From Eledone cirrhosa (lineage: Eukaryota): a stretch of 64,000 bases of DNA. The notes under the pieces were generated by a model. It was not told where the DNA came from. It saw nothing but the letters and a program-made list of their open reading frames with translations, and ran no database searches. The position numbers were made by a program, and so were the translations under genes. Each line of letters opens with the position of its first letter. Positions within the stretch are counted from its first letter, which is position 1. This document shows positions 15,001-27,342 of the stretch, one piece after another. The stretch covers positions 1 through 64,000 of the forward strand of contig CAXHJY010000114.1 in the NCBI GenBank assembly GCA_964016885.1. Direction: 5' to 3'.

Positions 15001-18000
15001 GGTTGGTTGGAGGGATGGTTGGTTGGATGGATGGTTGGCTGGCTGGAGGGATGGTTGGTTGGAGGAATGGTTGGTTGTTTGGAGGGATGGTTGGGTGGTT
15101 GGAGGGATGGTTGGTTGGAGGGATGGTTGGCTGGTTGGAGGAATGGTTGGTTGGCGGGATGGTTGGCTGGTTGGAGGGATGGTTGGTTGGTTGGAGGGAT
15201 GGTTGGTTGGTTGAAGGGATGGTTGGTTGGAATGATGGTTGGATGGTTGGAGGGATGGTTGGTTAGTTGAAGGGATGGTTGGCTGGTTGGAGGGATGGTT
15301 GGTTGGATGAAGGGATGGTTGGTTGGTTGGAGGGATGGTTGGCTGGTTGGAGGGATGGTAGGTTGGAGGGAGGGATGGTTGTCTGGTTGGAGGGAAGGTT
15401 GGCTGGTTAGAGGGATGGTTGGTTGGAGGGATGGTTGGGTGGTTGGAGGGATGGTTGTTTGGAGGGATGTTTGGTTGGAGGGATGGTTGGCTGGTTGGAG
15501 GGATGGTTGGCTGGTTGGAGGGATGGTTGGTTGGAGGGATGGTTGGAGGGATGGAGGGATGGTTGGCTGTTTGGAGGGATGGTTGGTTGGAGGGATGGTT
15601 GGGTGGTTGGAGGGATGGTTGGGTGGTTGGAGGGATGGTTGGCTGGTTGGAGGGATGGTTGGCTGGTTGGAGGGATGGTTGGCTGGTTGGAGGGATGATT
15701 GGTTGGAGGGAGGGATGGTTGGCTGGTTGGAGGGATGGTTGGTTGGTTGAAGGGATGGTTGGTTGGTTGGAGGGATGGTTGGCTGTTTGGAGGGATGGTT
15801 GGCTGGTTGGAGGGATGGTTGGCTGTTTGGAGGGATGGTTGGTTGGAGGGATGGTTGGGTGGTTGGAGGGATGGTTGGCTGGTTGGAGGGATGGTTGGCT
15901 GGTTGGAGGGATGGTTGGTTGGAGGGAGGCAATGTTGGCTGGTTGGAGGGATGGTTGGTTGGAGGGATAGTTGGTTGGTTGGAGGGATGGTTGGTTGGAA
16001 GGATGGTTGGTTGGTTGGTGGGATGGTTGGCTGTTTAGAGGGCTGGTTGGCTGGTTGGAGGGATAGTTGGTTAGTTGAAGGGATGGTTGGCTGGTTGGAG
16101 GGATGGTTGGGTGGTTGGAGGGATGGTTGGTTGGTTGGAGGGATGGTTGGCTGGTTGGAGGGTTGGTTGGTTGGAGGGATGGTTGGCTGGTTGGAGGGAT
16201 GGTTGGCTGGTTGGAGGGATGGTTGGCTGGTTGGAGGAATGGTTGCTTGGAGGGATGGTTGGCTGGTTGGAGGGATGGTTGGTTGGTTGTAGGGATGGTT
16301 GGCTGTTTGGAGGGATGGTTGGCTGGTTGGAGGAATGGTTGGTTGGAGGGATGGTTGGCTGGTTAGAGGGATGGTTGGGTGTTTGGAGGGATGGTTGGTT
16401 GGTTGGAGGGATGGTTGGTTGGTTGAAGGGATGGTTGGCTGGTTGGAGGGATGGTTGGCTGGAGAGATGGTTGGATGGTTGGAGGGATGGTTGGTTAGTT
16501 GAAGGGATGGTTGGCTTGTTGGAGGGATGGTTGGTTGGATGAAGGGATGGTTGGTTGGTTGGAGGGATGGTTGACTGGTTGGAGGGATGGTTGGTTGGAG
16601 GGAGGGATGGTTGTCTGGTTGGAGGGAAGGTTGGCTGGTTAGAGGGATGGTTGGTTGGAGGGATGGTTGGGTGGTTGGAGGGATGGTTGTTTGGAGGGAT
16701 GTTTGGTTGGAGGGATGGTTGGCTGGTTGGAGGGATGGTTGGCTGGTTGGAGGGATGGTTGGTTGGAGGGATGGTTGGTTGGAGGGATGGTTGGTTGGAG
16801 GGATGGTTGGTTAGTTGGAGGGATTGTTGCCTGGTTGGAGGGATGGTTGGTTGGTTGGAGGGATGGTTGGTTGGTTGGAGGGATGGTTGGGTGGTTGGAG
16901 AGATGGTTGGCTGTTTGGAGGGATGGTTGGCTGGTTGGAGGGATGGTTGGCTGGTTGGAGGGATGGTTGGCTGTTTGGAGGGATGGTTGGCTGGTTGGAG
17001 GGATGGTTGGCTGGTTGGGGGTATGGTTGGTTGGAGGGATGGTTGGGTGGTTGGAGGGATGGTTGGGTGGTTGGAGGGATGGTTGGCTGTTTGGAGGGAT
17101 GGTTGGCTGGTGGAGGGATGGTTGGCTGGTTGGAGGGATGGTTGGCTGGTTGGAGGGATGGTTGGCTGGTTGGGGGGATGGTTGGTTGGAGGGATGGTTG
17201 GGTGGTTGGAGGGATGGTTGGCTGGTTGGAGGGATGGTTGGCTGTTTGGAGGGATGGTTGGCTGGTTGGAGGGATGGTTGGCTGGTTGGAGGGATGGTTG
17301 GCTGTTTGGAGGGATGGTTGGCTGGTTGGAGGGATGGTTGGCTGGTTGGAGGGATGGTTGTTTGGAGTAATGGTTGGTTGGTTGGAGGGATGGTTGGTTA
17401 GTTGGAGGGATGGTTGGTTGGTTGGAGGGACGGTTGGTTATTTGGAGGGATGGTTGGCTGGTTGGAGGGATGGTTGACTAGTTGGAGGGATGGTTAGTTA
17501 TTTGGAGGGATGGTTGGTTGGAGGAATGGTTAGTTGGAGGGATGGTTGGTTGCAGGGATGGTTGGTTAGTTGGAGGGATGGTTAGCTGGTTGGAGGGATG
17601 TTTGGGTGGTTGGAGGGATGGTTGGCTGGTTGGAAGTATGGTTGGCTCGTTGGAGGTATGGTTGGTTAGTTGGAGGTATGGTTGGTTAGTTGGAGGGATG
17701 GTTGGCTGGTTGGAGAGATGGTTGGCTCGTTGGAGGTATGGTTGGTTAGTTGGAGGTATGGTTGGTTAGTAGGAGGGATGGTTGGCTGGTTGGAGAGATG
17801 GTTGGCTCGTTGGAGGTATGGTTTGTTAGTTGGAGGGATGGTTGGTTGGTTGGAGGGATGGTTGGCTGGTTGCAGGGATGGTTGGCTGGTTGGAAGGATG
17901 GTTGGCTGGTTGGAGGTATGGTTGGTTAGTTGGAGGTATTGTTGGTTAATTGGAGGGATGGTTTGCTGGTTGGAAGTATGGTTGGCTGGTTTGAGGTATG

Positions 18001-18050
18001 GTTGGTTGGGTGGTTGGCTGGCTGACTGGAGGGATGGTTGACTGGCTGGA
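1..18050 (+). repeat. G/T-rich tandem satellite, consensus GGAGGGATGGTTGGYTGGTT (20 bp) with 16-bp variants, plus higher-order duplications
   Basis: Directly visible array of GGNN tetramers. Identical ORF-track translations recur at offsets of 2370/2426 and 5645/5701 bp. It decays into GGAT/GGCT/GGTT tetramers up to about 18290. Confidence 0.98.
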
Positions 18051-18714
18051 AAGTTTGCTTACGTAATGGATAGATGGGTAGATTGATGGAATGATGTCTA
18101 TATAGGCTGGTTGTCTGGGTAGTTGGTTAGATAGTTTAACGTAGTGATAAGCAGATAGCTGGCTGTGTGGATGATTGGTTGACCGGCTGGGTAAATGGAT
18201 GAATAACCGGCTGGTCGAATGGGTGGATGGTTAGATAGTTTCACGTATTCCTTGGTAGATGGCTGGTTTGTCGGGTGGATGGATAAACGACTGTCTATTT
18301 CGGAACACGTCTATATTATTTCCTTATTTCATTTTATCAAATTTAATTTTCAACATATCCTTTTTAGGAACATAAAGATACAAACACTTTAGTTGACACT
18401 TGCTAAAAAACACGCCTCAACCCCTCAAAAATCAATAACAAAATAAAACAAGCCATAGTGAATGTCTGTCTGGGGCTTACTTACATATTTGATCAACATC
18501 TGAACAAACTTTAACAAACTATGTATACAACACGCTATTTCAGGTTTTCACTATAACATTTTTTTTTCTATCTGTTCAATTGTATTCTCTTCTATTCTAT
18601 TCTATTGTCTATTGTAGCGCGATGTGTTGGTGTTATTCGATGGACAAAACTCCCACAGCACACATTCTTCAATTCTTTGCTTTCTTAACTAAAAATTGAT
18701 TTAGTCCATAACAG

Positions 18715-19195
18715 ATACAACAACAGCAAAAAAAAAAAACAACAACAAATACACCACCGACAATAAAAATCGCAACAACAACAACAACAGATACAAAAAC
18801 AACAAAATAACCGAAACAACAACAACAATAACAACACAAACTGCAACAACGACGATTACAGATACAGACACTATAACAATAATGGACAACAACAACAACA
18901 ACAACCATACCAACCATAACAACAACAACAACAACCATAAAACCACAACAACCATAACAACCACAACAACCACAACAACCATAACAACCACAACAACCAC
19001 AACAACCACAACAACCATAACAACCACAACAACCACAACTTCAAGAACGACAATTGCTGCAATATCGAAAATTACCACTACAACGACAACTACTTCCATC
19101 ACCAGCACCACCACCACCACCACCATCACCACCACCACCACCACCACCACCACCACCACCACCACCACCACCACCATCACAATAACAACACCGTG
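18715..19195 (+). repeat. Compound trinucleotide microsatellite (ACA)n / (CCACAACAA)n / (CCA)n
   Basis: Visible directly; explains the poly-T/poly-V ORFs. Confidence 0.9.
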
Positions 19196-19333
19196 TACAA
19201 CAATATATATATCAATACATATTCACATGCACGATATTGATTAGGAAAGATAGCCTTTTCCACGTTTTACAGTTTCTTATTGAACAAAAGTTTACAATAA
19301 TGATTTCTAATATAGACACAAGGCCAGTAATTC

Positions 19334-19423
<90 letters not shown>

Positions 19424-19534
19424 AGGAATTTAAATGATAAATCGGCCTCAATATTTCAGAAGCATGAAAAGCAAAGTTGAACTGAATAGGATTTGAAATA
19501 AGAAGGAAGGGCCGTAACTAAATGGAAATGATGG

Positions 19535-19892
19535 AATGGACCTCCATCAGTTTCGATGATCAGTGTTCCAGTTGTTTCATCAACAGAACAACCTGTTCAT
19601 GAAATTAACGTGTTAGTGGCTGAGCATTCCACTGACAGGTGTACCCTAAATCTAATTCTCAGGGTGATTCAGCTTGACACAGTGTGACTAGACTAGATTG
19701 GGTCTCTGAATGACAGTTGCAATCCGTCCGATCGGCTTCAAGACAATTTCCGTCTTTCCAATTTAACTCATAGGGCATGGTTCCGCCCGAGGCTATGGTA
19801 AATGATACTTGTCTAAGGTATTACGCAGTGGGATTGAACCAAGGACCAAATGATTGTGAAGCAAACCTCTTAACCATTCAGCCATGCTGTGT
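19535..19892 (-). mobile_element. tRNA-derived SINE-like repeat (degenerate)
   Basis: Minus strand reads GGCTGAATGGTTAAGAGG...GGTTCAATCCCACTGCG (Pol III A/B-box-like), followed by a body resembling other dispersed copies (e.g. 35150-35450, 41300-41580). Confidence 0.55.
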
Positions 19893-20651
19893 CCACAACC
19901 GTAACTAAAGGCCGCAAAGAATATTTTTTTGTCTGACGCTCTACCGGTTATGCCAATCCAGCACCTTACTGAAGTATACATTAACATCTAATTTAGGCAT
20001 AGGCATCAGCTGTTCTAAGGACCGGATTTGTCACATATTGCGGCCTGAGAATTGACGTTAAGGGCACACGTACACATCTGTAGAATGCTCAACGATTTAC
20101 ATCTTTAATTAACAAACCAAGCGTTCAGTGATCAAATGACTGACTGCTCATCCACGAAACTCGTGGAGGACCCATCATCATCATCATTATCATCAGTTAT
20201 ACAAATAATTTTAAATTTCCTATGTTAAAGAAAAAGTTGTTTGAATTACACAGGTCTTTCATAACAAAAACTAAATAAAAACGTATTTGAGAGAAAATCG
20301 AATAAAGAAGTTATGTAATTAAATAACAACTAATTACAAAATAATAAAGAAATAGTAGACATACATATAAAAAAACATGCTAACACAAACAATAAAAAGT
20401 TGAATAAAAAAAAAAAATAGATGAAAAAGCGAAAGACTGCTTGCGGTAAAAAAAAAAAGTTCGTGAAAAAAAAGATAAAAGAAAATAACCAAACGAATAT
20501 CTAAATTAATTGATATTATTCCAAGTCAGACATTTGCTAATTCTCAATTCGCAGACAATGATAATTGCAATATTATGTCTTCATTATTTAAGTTAAAATA
20601 TTGAATTTTGGGGGCCCTATATCATTTTATAGAATATAACTATGTGAGATA

Positions 20652-20880
20652 TCATCGTCATCATCATCATCATCATCATCACCATTTTACGCCCACTTTC
20701 CCATGCTTACATGCGTTGGACGGGACGTCACCAGTACACTCTTCCTCCACTCGCAGCGTTCCCTCATCATCTCCAGTGCGAAGTTCGTCATTTTGAGATT
20801 AACTCTAGCCATCTCTACCCAGGTTTTTCTCGGTCTTCCTCTACTACAGCTTCCTTCCACAAGCATTATCAAACTCAGGG
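20652..20880 (-). mobile_element. RTE-clade LINE 3' end fragment with (ATG)n tail
   Basis: Translation VEGSCSRGRPRKTW...REcEWRKSV is typical of an RTE ORF C-terminus; it ends in a (CAT)n run on the + strand. Confidence 0.75.
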
Positions 20881-21614
20881 CCTCTCTGTACACAATATCT
20901 TTTTTTGGAAGTTTATTGCACACGATGTTTTTCATAACAAGCTTTCCACGCCGTTTCCTTGCATTTTAGCTTTAGCCTGCCTGTAAGTGACAATGAAGTC
21001 AGAGAAAAATTCTATATTTCCGTCTCAACAGAGCCATCTTGCAGATCGCCTCGGCTAGTGTTTAAATGTACTGTTATGTTGGCTGGCGCCTACGAGAAAA
21101 TTCGATAATTCATCATGCTTCATTTCATCCTTCTTATATAAATCGCCAGCTGTACATATTTATGTAAACATGTGTTCTAAAAACTATTATATAACATAGT
21201 AAATACGTTATTAATAATACTAATAGCACGCACACAAACACATATGTGTAAAACGTTGTGGTTTTGTAAATGAGTAAACTGTATTTTGTATGGTGTCATG
21301 GAGAGTTTAGATTTGTTGTTATTCATTCATTTTGCTGTTGGTTAGATTATACGCACACACATATATGTATATGAATATATATATATATATATATAAATGT
21401 AAGTATGTATGTATACGTACATACATATATGTATACAGACGTACAGTATTATGTATATATATACATACATGCACACATATATATATATGCACGTATCGGT
21501 TTACCGAACATTTATTATAATGCTCGGTTTGTTTGTTTGTAAACAAACAGCCCGAATTACGCCGTACAGTGTTTAGGCAACCACGTCACCTTTTTGTTCA
21601 ACACTGACACAGGA

Positions 21615-21657
21615 ACGATGTACTAGTTTCAAGCTTATTAGCTATCGTCAGCATCGT
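21615..21657 (-). ncRNA. Minimal type I hammerhead ribozyme
   Basis: Minus strand: ACGATG CTGACGA tAGCT aata AGCTt GAAA CTAG TA CATCGT. Confidence 0.85.
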
Positions 21658-21938
21658 CTACCTTCCTGCCAGATGATTGAACGTCTGAAAGTATATACTT
21701 TCCTTATGCATATTAACGGCTGAGCAGCCTAATTTGCATATCGAGTGAGTTCAGTCGGCCGGGCACACCGAAAACGATAAATGGAATAGAAGGAAACGAA
21801 ATTTCATTTCTCACTCTTAGTAGGGCACTTACTTAAATGAACTGAACTCACTCGATATGCAAATTAGGCTACTCAGCCGTTAATATGCATAAGGAAAGTA
21901 TATACTTTCAGACGTTCAACCATCTGGCAGGAAGGTAG

Positions 21939-21981
21939 ACGATGCTGACGACAGCTAATAAGCTTGAAACTAGTACATCGT
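21939..21981 (+). ncRNA. Minimal type I hammerhead ribozyme
   Basis: Stem I ACGATG/CATCGT; core CTGACGA 21945-51; stem II AGCT-aata-AGCT; GAAA 21966-69; palindromic stem III CTAG; UH = TA. Confidence 0.87.
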
Positions 21982-22761
21982 TCCTGTGTCAGTGTTGAAC
22001 AAAAAGGTGACGTGGTTGCCTAAACACTGTACGGCGTAATTCGGGCTGTTTGTTTGTTTACAAACAAACAAACCGAGCATTATAATAAATGTTCGGTAAA
22101 CCGATACGTGTATATATATATGTGTGCATGTATGTATATATATACATACTAATGTACGTCTGTATACATATATGTATGTACGTATACATACATACATACT
22201 TACATTTAAGTAAGTGCCGTACTAAGAGTGAGAAATGAAATTTCGTTTAATTCTATTCTATATATATATATATATATATATTCTGAATCGGCTCGAAAAA
22301 CAGCTGTTTAACATAACTAGCTCCCAAAATAAGTATTAAACAATATATATATTTGTTTAATAATAAATGCACTCACATAAATATATATATTATTATAATG
22401 ATAAATGTGAAGTGAGAAAATGTGTAACAAAACAAGAGAGTCCTTGAGTTAGTCTTATAACTAAGCCCGCTTGTATCACTAGGAAGTAAATGTTATATAA
22501 ATTATTTATGGAAGAGTAACAATCATATACATTTATGAAAGAAGGAAGCTACTAGCGGAATACTATACTAGTATAAGCTTTGATGTCAGCGAAAAAAAAA
22601 AAAAATAAAAAACAAATTTAAAACCAAAAATGTCAAAATGACCTATACTTTTCTGCACTTGTTTTAGTTATTGGTCACGTTTATGAAATCGTTGGTAATA
22701 CATAAACACATCAATATATATATATATATATAGTTATGTAATAAATAACGTAAGATAATTA

Positions 22762-22822
22762 TTTCATATACCAGTGGTTTCTTGAAAGCAAACAAAATTT
22801 ACTTTCATTCATCAGAATGAAA
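22762..22822 (-). ncRNA. Type I hammerhead ribozyme (inverted copy)
   Basis: Reverse complement of the 22883-22943 motif. Confidence 0.8.
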
Positions 22823-22882
22823 AAAATCCTGGTGTATTTATTGACAGTTAAAAATCCACTGTCAATAAATACACCTGAATTT

Positions 22883-22943
22883 TTTCATTCTGATGAATGA
22901 AAGTAAATTTTGTTTGCTTTCAAGAAACCACTGGTATATGAAA
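22883..22943 (+). ncRNA. Type I hammerhead ribozyme
   Basis: TTTCAT t CTGATGA a TGAAAGTAAAT ttt GTTTGCTTTCA a GAAA CCAcTGG TA t ATGAAA: stems I, II (11 bp) and III around an intact core. Confidence 0.82.
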
Positions 22944-23269
22944 TAATTATCTTATGTTGTTTATTACATAACTATTAAGCTCTGTAACCTTACATAGAGC
23001 ACTCTTTTTTCCTGGAACTTTCCGACGGAATTACTTCATTTATATATATATATATATATATATGCACACACCAGACTGTGGTTCTGCACCTGTCATAGTG
23101 GTGTCATACAGTATTGGGCCTAAAAACTATGTTATGAGATGGGTTAGGCTCCTCGTATCAGTTCCATCCAGTACTGGGCTCCAAAACTATGGTTCCGCTG
23201 TGAGATGGGTTTGGCACGGCCAACCAGCCTGTCCCTCCTCATAATGGTGCCATCCAATTCCACACTGTA

Positions 23270-23445
23270 AATGTGGTTGGTGTTAGGAAGGGCATCCAGC
23301 TGTAAAATACCCAGCCAAATTTACAGTCCTCGTCAGAGCAAGGTATGGCGTGGCCAATTCTGGCCAGACTTGTTTCTCAATGTGGACGACCCGTCTAACC
23401 CATGCAAGCATGGAAAACGATACGTTAAATGGTGATGATGATGCT
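23270..23445 (+). mobile_element. RTE-tail SINE/LINE 3' fragment
   Basis: GGTTGGTGTTAGGAAGGGCATCCAGCTGTAAAA...CCAtGCAAGCATGGAAAA...(GAT)n; the tail resembles that at 20652-20720. Confidence 0.6.
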
Positions 23446-23449
23446 GTTG

Positions 23450-23534
<85 letters not shown>

Positions 23535-23547
23535 TATATATATATAG

Positions 23548-24024
23548 TTGTTTCTACTTTTGGCACAAGGCCAGCAATTATCCCAGTGTATTACTGGTAC
23601 TTTATTTTATCGACCTCGTAAGGATGAAAGGCAACGTTAACCTCGGAGGGATTTGAACTCAGTCCGTAAATGTTTTCATTAATCTAATAATGTTAACCCA
23701 CGAAACTTCATTTATGGGGTGGTATGTGGAATATTTAAGCTTTGATGGCGCATCTAGGCATTTGAAAACCCGGTGGAGCCGATCCCTCTCCAGATATAAA
23801 TAAGAGCAGATTTTTTTCCAGAGAAGGATAGTGAAAAAATGGAATTGAGAAAGAGACACAGAGGAAGAATCAGCCTCAATAGTTGACTGGCATTTCTTTA
23901 ATCGACTTGGAATGGATGAAAGGCAACGTTGACCTCAGCAGGATTTGAACTCACAGATCAGAGAGCCGAAACGTATACTGCAAAGTATTCTATCCGACGT
24001 TCTGACGACTTCCAATTCGTTGCC
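23548..24024 (-). mobile_element. Two partial tRNA-derived SINE copies (OK-like family)
   Basis: GGATGAAAGGCAACGTT(A/G)ACCTC...GATTTGAACTCA motifs near 23620-23660 and 23910-23955; same family as 57236-58315. Confidence 0.7.
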
Positions 24025-24406
24025 ACTTAAACTTTAGCAACGTAGTAATTCCTTCAAGAATTTTTTTCTAATGCTTACTTTTCTTTCACTCAGGACTTTC
24101 CCTATCCAATGCATTATGTGAAGTCATTTTACCGAGTAGTTAGGGATGTCGGACTCATGATCATATGTTGGAATATTGGTTTATTTTCTTGAGCAAAACG
24201 CCTCATTGCATGTTGCTTTTCATGGTAGGAGTGAATTTCCTATAATTAAAACACCCGAGAAACATCCTATGAAATACAACTCCGTAGAAGGCTAGCTAAA
24301 CCTGCATAGGTGCCAGCTGTAAATTTCATTTTTCATGTCAATTTATTAATCCTTATCAAAAGCTACGATTCAGAAAATTTACGACAACGCACACACACAT
24401 ATATAA

Positions 24407-24496
<90 letters not shown>

Positions 24497-25439
24497 GTAT
24501 GTATGTATATGTATGGATATGTGTGTATATGGTACCGCATGTCCAAGCAATGATTAGAATACCCAATAGATCGTAGTTTCTGACACATGAAAAATATACC
24601 TTCAGACTAAGCTGTGCACCGGCGGACATTTTATGTTTAAAACATGTTTCAAACATACGTGTATTCACTATTCATCAGTGATGCCATTTTTTAAAATCAC
24701 ATCCATTCATCCCTTCCCAACAATGTATATACATACACACACACATATATATAAACACCTTTTCTGTGTTAAACGTATATCACCATATATTAACAATTTT
24801 TCTTTCAAGCATTTATGTTGAATTTAGACAGAAAAGCAGATTTTATCGACAGATTTATTTATAAAAGAATTTTGTCAATTTCTATGTTGTGTTCGTATTA
24901 TGTATTTCCTCTCTACCTGTTGCTTTTTATTTTGCTTTTCTTGCTGGTTTGGCATTGCATTAGTCTTCAGATACGTTGCTTCACATCAATAAATACACTT
25001 AGAATTTCTATGCTTCGGTTGCATTTAAAAATCTCTTTTGATACCACAAAGATCGACGTTGTTTTAAGTTGCATTTTGTTTTGTGCATTTTGTTTCAATG
25101 CCGAGATCGTTAAGCGTGGCCTAAACGCTGGTTGCTTCCCATCGCAGCTTGAACCGGTTTTAGTTTGACCAACTGGGCGGCAAAAAACAAAACAGATGAC
25201 ACCAAATCCTTTCATTGGTTGATTCGATGCTTTTAGTGTTAGCCTCTACCTACCTACTACGTACCTACCTACGTACATAAGTACGTACGTACCTACATAC
25301 GTACATACCTACCTACGCACGTACGTGCGTACCTATCTACCTACCTAAATACATACATACATACATACATGCATATAAGTCACATACATACATATAAGTC
25401 AGTCAACGCGATCAGTCGCATATTTTGGTGTGGGAAACT

Positions 25440-26346
25440 ATTCATTAAATTTAAGATGAATACTATCTCCGACAGTAATGCCACAACTACAGTCATGTTG
25501 AATAACTGGGTATTCTTCTAACTATATCTACTAAATACATAATTCATTTTACAAGGATTTGCTACAAACAGCATGGCTGAACACAACATCAACAACATTA
25601 AGGAAGTACCGAAGAAAAAGAACGAAAAAGGTAAACAAAATTTATTCAGTTGTAGCTACAGAAAAAACCGAAATTATAAATCGCACTTCTCTTGGAGTTG
25701 CGAACTTAATGATGATTTATTTAATTGTTATAAAATGGCAAAAAACAATCCCTACATTGGCTATATGAATAGAATGAAGCTACACTGGGACGAAATACAC
25801 CCAGAGCTAAATCACTTCACAGCGAAACAATTACGCCAACAAGCGACGTTTGTTAATGTAAAAATAAGATAAATATTATTAATTGTAAGTCTCCCCACAA
25901 CACGTGCTACAGGTCGCCATACTACTAGATTTCCTAGCAGCCAGGTCGAACAATGCCTTGAAACAACTATGCCTGTAAGAAATTTGACACCACATGTACC
26001 ATCTGTGTCTACCTCGACTATTGTGGAAAATACTATCGATAATGATAATAATCAAAAGTATAAACAATTGAAAGTTTCCCTCAACGAAATCTTCCAGAGA
26101 GAAATTAATTCATGTATAAACATTTCTCTTGCTGAACGTATTAAAACAACAATATTTAATAAAAAACCAAATAATGAAATATTACGTGTTATTGACAAAA
26201 TAGGGGATGAATATTTACGACGGATAAAAATCCCAACATTTTGGCAAATCAACGCCTGTTTATATGCCTTAGCAACGACAGAGAAACGTTATCTTGGTGA
26301 TAGCAGAGATATTAACAAGAACAGAACACCACCAAAAAACCCATCA
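25440..26346 (+). mobile_element. R4/Dong-like non-LTR retrotransposon N-terminal fragment (disrupted)
   Basis: ORF 25573-25872 contains W...L..CY..A.....GYMNRM...W...HP......QLRQQ, resembling R4/Dong ORF N-termini; it continues in 25969-26346 and is cut by a Helitron-like insertion. Confidence 0.65.
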
Positions 26347-27280
26347 TCTACTTATATATATAACCAGCAATTTCTCTGTCTGTCTGTCCGACAGTGGAAA
26401 CACGTGCGTAGAGAGAGAGTGAGAGTGAAAGAAAGAGACAGACTACGAGAGGGGGATAGCGGGAGGGAGAGAGGGAGAGAATAGACGCTAAAACACGTGC
26501 TACAGAAACATTACCTTCCCCTCTCCACTGACTTTGGTCACTAAGGCCGAGGGAATCGCTGGTTGCTATAGAGACACCTTGCACAAGCCAGAAGTAACCA
26601 GTTCGAGGCGGTTCTGACTTGACACCATGCGAAGAAGGTTGCCATTGAATTTGTGGTTGTTGCTGCTGATAATAAGGACCATTTGAAGAAGGTTGCTGCT
26701 GATGAGGTAATTTATTAATCAGATTGCGCAGTTCCATAACCTACGTTTGATTTGTTCAATTTTTTTCTTCAATTTTGTTGTTGTTTTTTTTTATTTCTTA
26801 TTGAAAAAATATAAATAATAAAATAAGGTTAGAAATTTAAATAAATTAAATACGATTTAATTTCCATTTCCAGCAGCCAATGTCCAGTATTAAATTTCAT
26901 GAAAAAATTGGAAATAATTCAAAAAATTGAAGTTTAACTTTTGAACATTTGTTTTGACAATAAAAAAATATTTCCTTATTCACACCTAATGGTATGATTA
27001 AAATTTCATAGGAATATTTTTTTCTAACCGCCAGTTATTTAAATATTATTAAAAATAAATTTATTTTTTAAAAGAATGGAAGATTTTGTGGATTTTTTTA
27101 CCACCTTCCAAGCCTTAAACACTAATTCTCGCGAATTTGTGTTTTGTAATGACCCTCAGGACGCTGCTATTGTTGATTCCAATAGTGCCTGGAATTCGAA
27201 TATGTTAGTATACAATTTTTTGAATAAAATTAAGGCGCAATTAGAGCTGCCAAACAAAATTTTTTTCGGTTTCGGCCCAT
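26347..27280 (+). mobile_element. Non-autonomous Helitron-like element (5' end clear, 3' end not seen)
   Basis: A|TCTACTTATATATATAACCAGCAATTTCTCTGTCTGTCTG start, repeated at 27343. Confidence 0.55.
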
Positions 27281-27342
27281 ATTATATATATATATAATGG
27301 GGATGATGATGATGATATACATAGTTACATATGTATATGTAA

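Larger units (their letters stand above)
21394..22260. mobile_element. Non-coding fold-back element with two opposed hammerhead ribozymes (PLE pLTR-derived / retrozyme-like)
   Basis: Inverted arms 21394-21755 and 21841-22208; 3' tail to 22260; (TA)n on both sides; one HHR per arm. Confidence 0.85.
22731..23040. mobile_element. Miniature palindromic HHR element (about 245-bp hairpin plus 66-bp tail) between (TA)n tracts
   Basis: Arms 22731-22848 and 22858-22974 with a 9-nt loop; tail GCTCTG...CTTACATAGAGCACTC shared with the PLE at 31914-31938. Confidence 0.85.

Noticed and set aside
12864-15932. 1022-aa P/T/Q/S/N-rich ORF (mucin-like) and the many W/G-rich ORFs in 1-18050
   Set aside because: By-products of the satellite: 4-bp periodicity and 4-bp indels rotate the frames, and the C-rich strand simply has few stop codons.
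1-18050. CRISPR array or telomere
   Set aside because: No unique spacers, eukaryotic context, and the motif is not TTAGGG.
18669-19244. Poly-V/poly-T ORFs
   Set aside because: Trinucleotide microsatellite translations.
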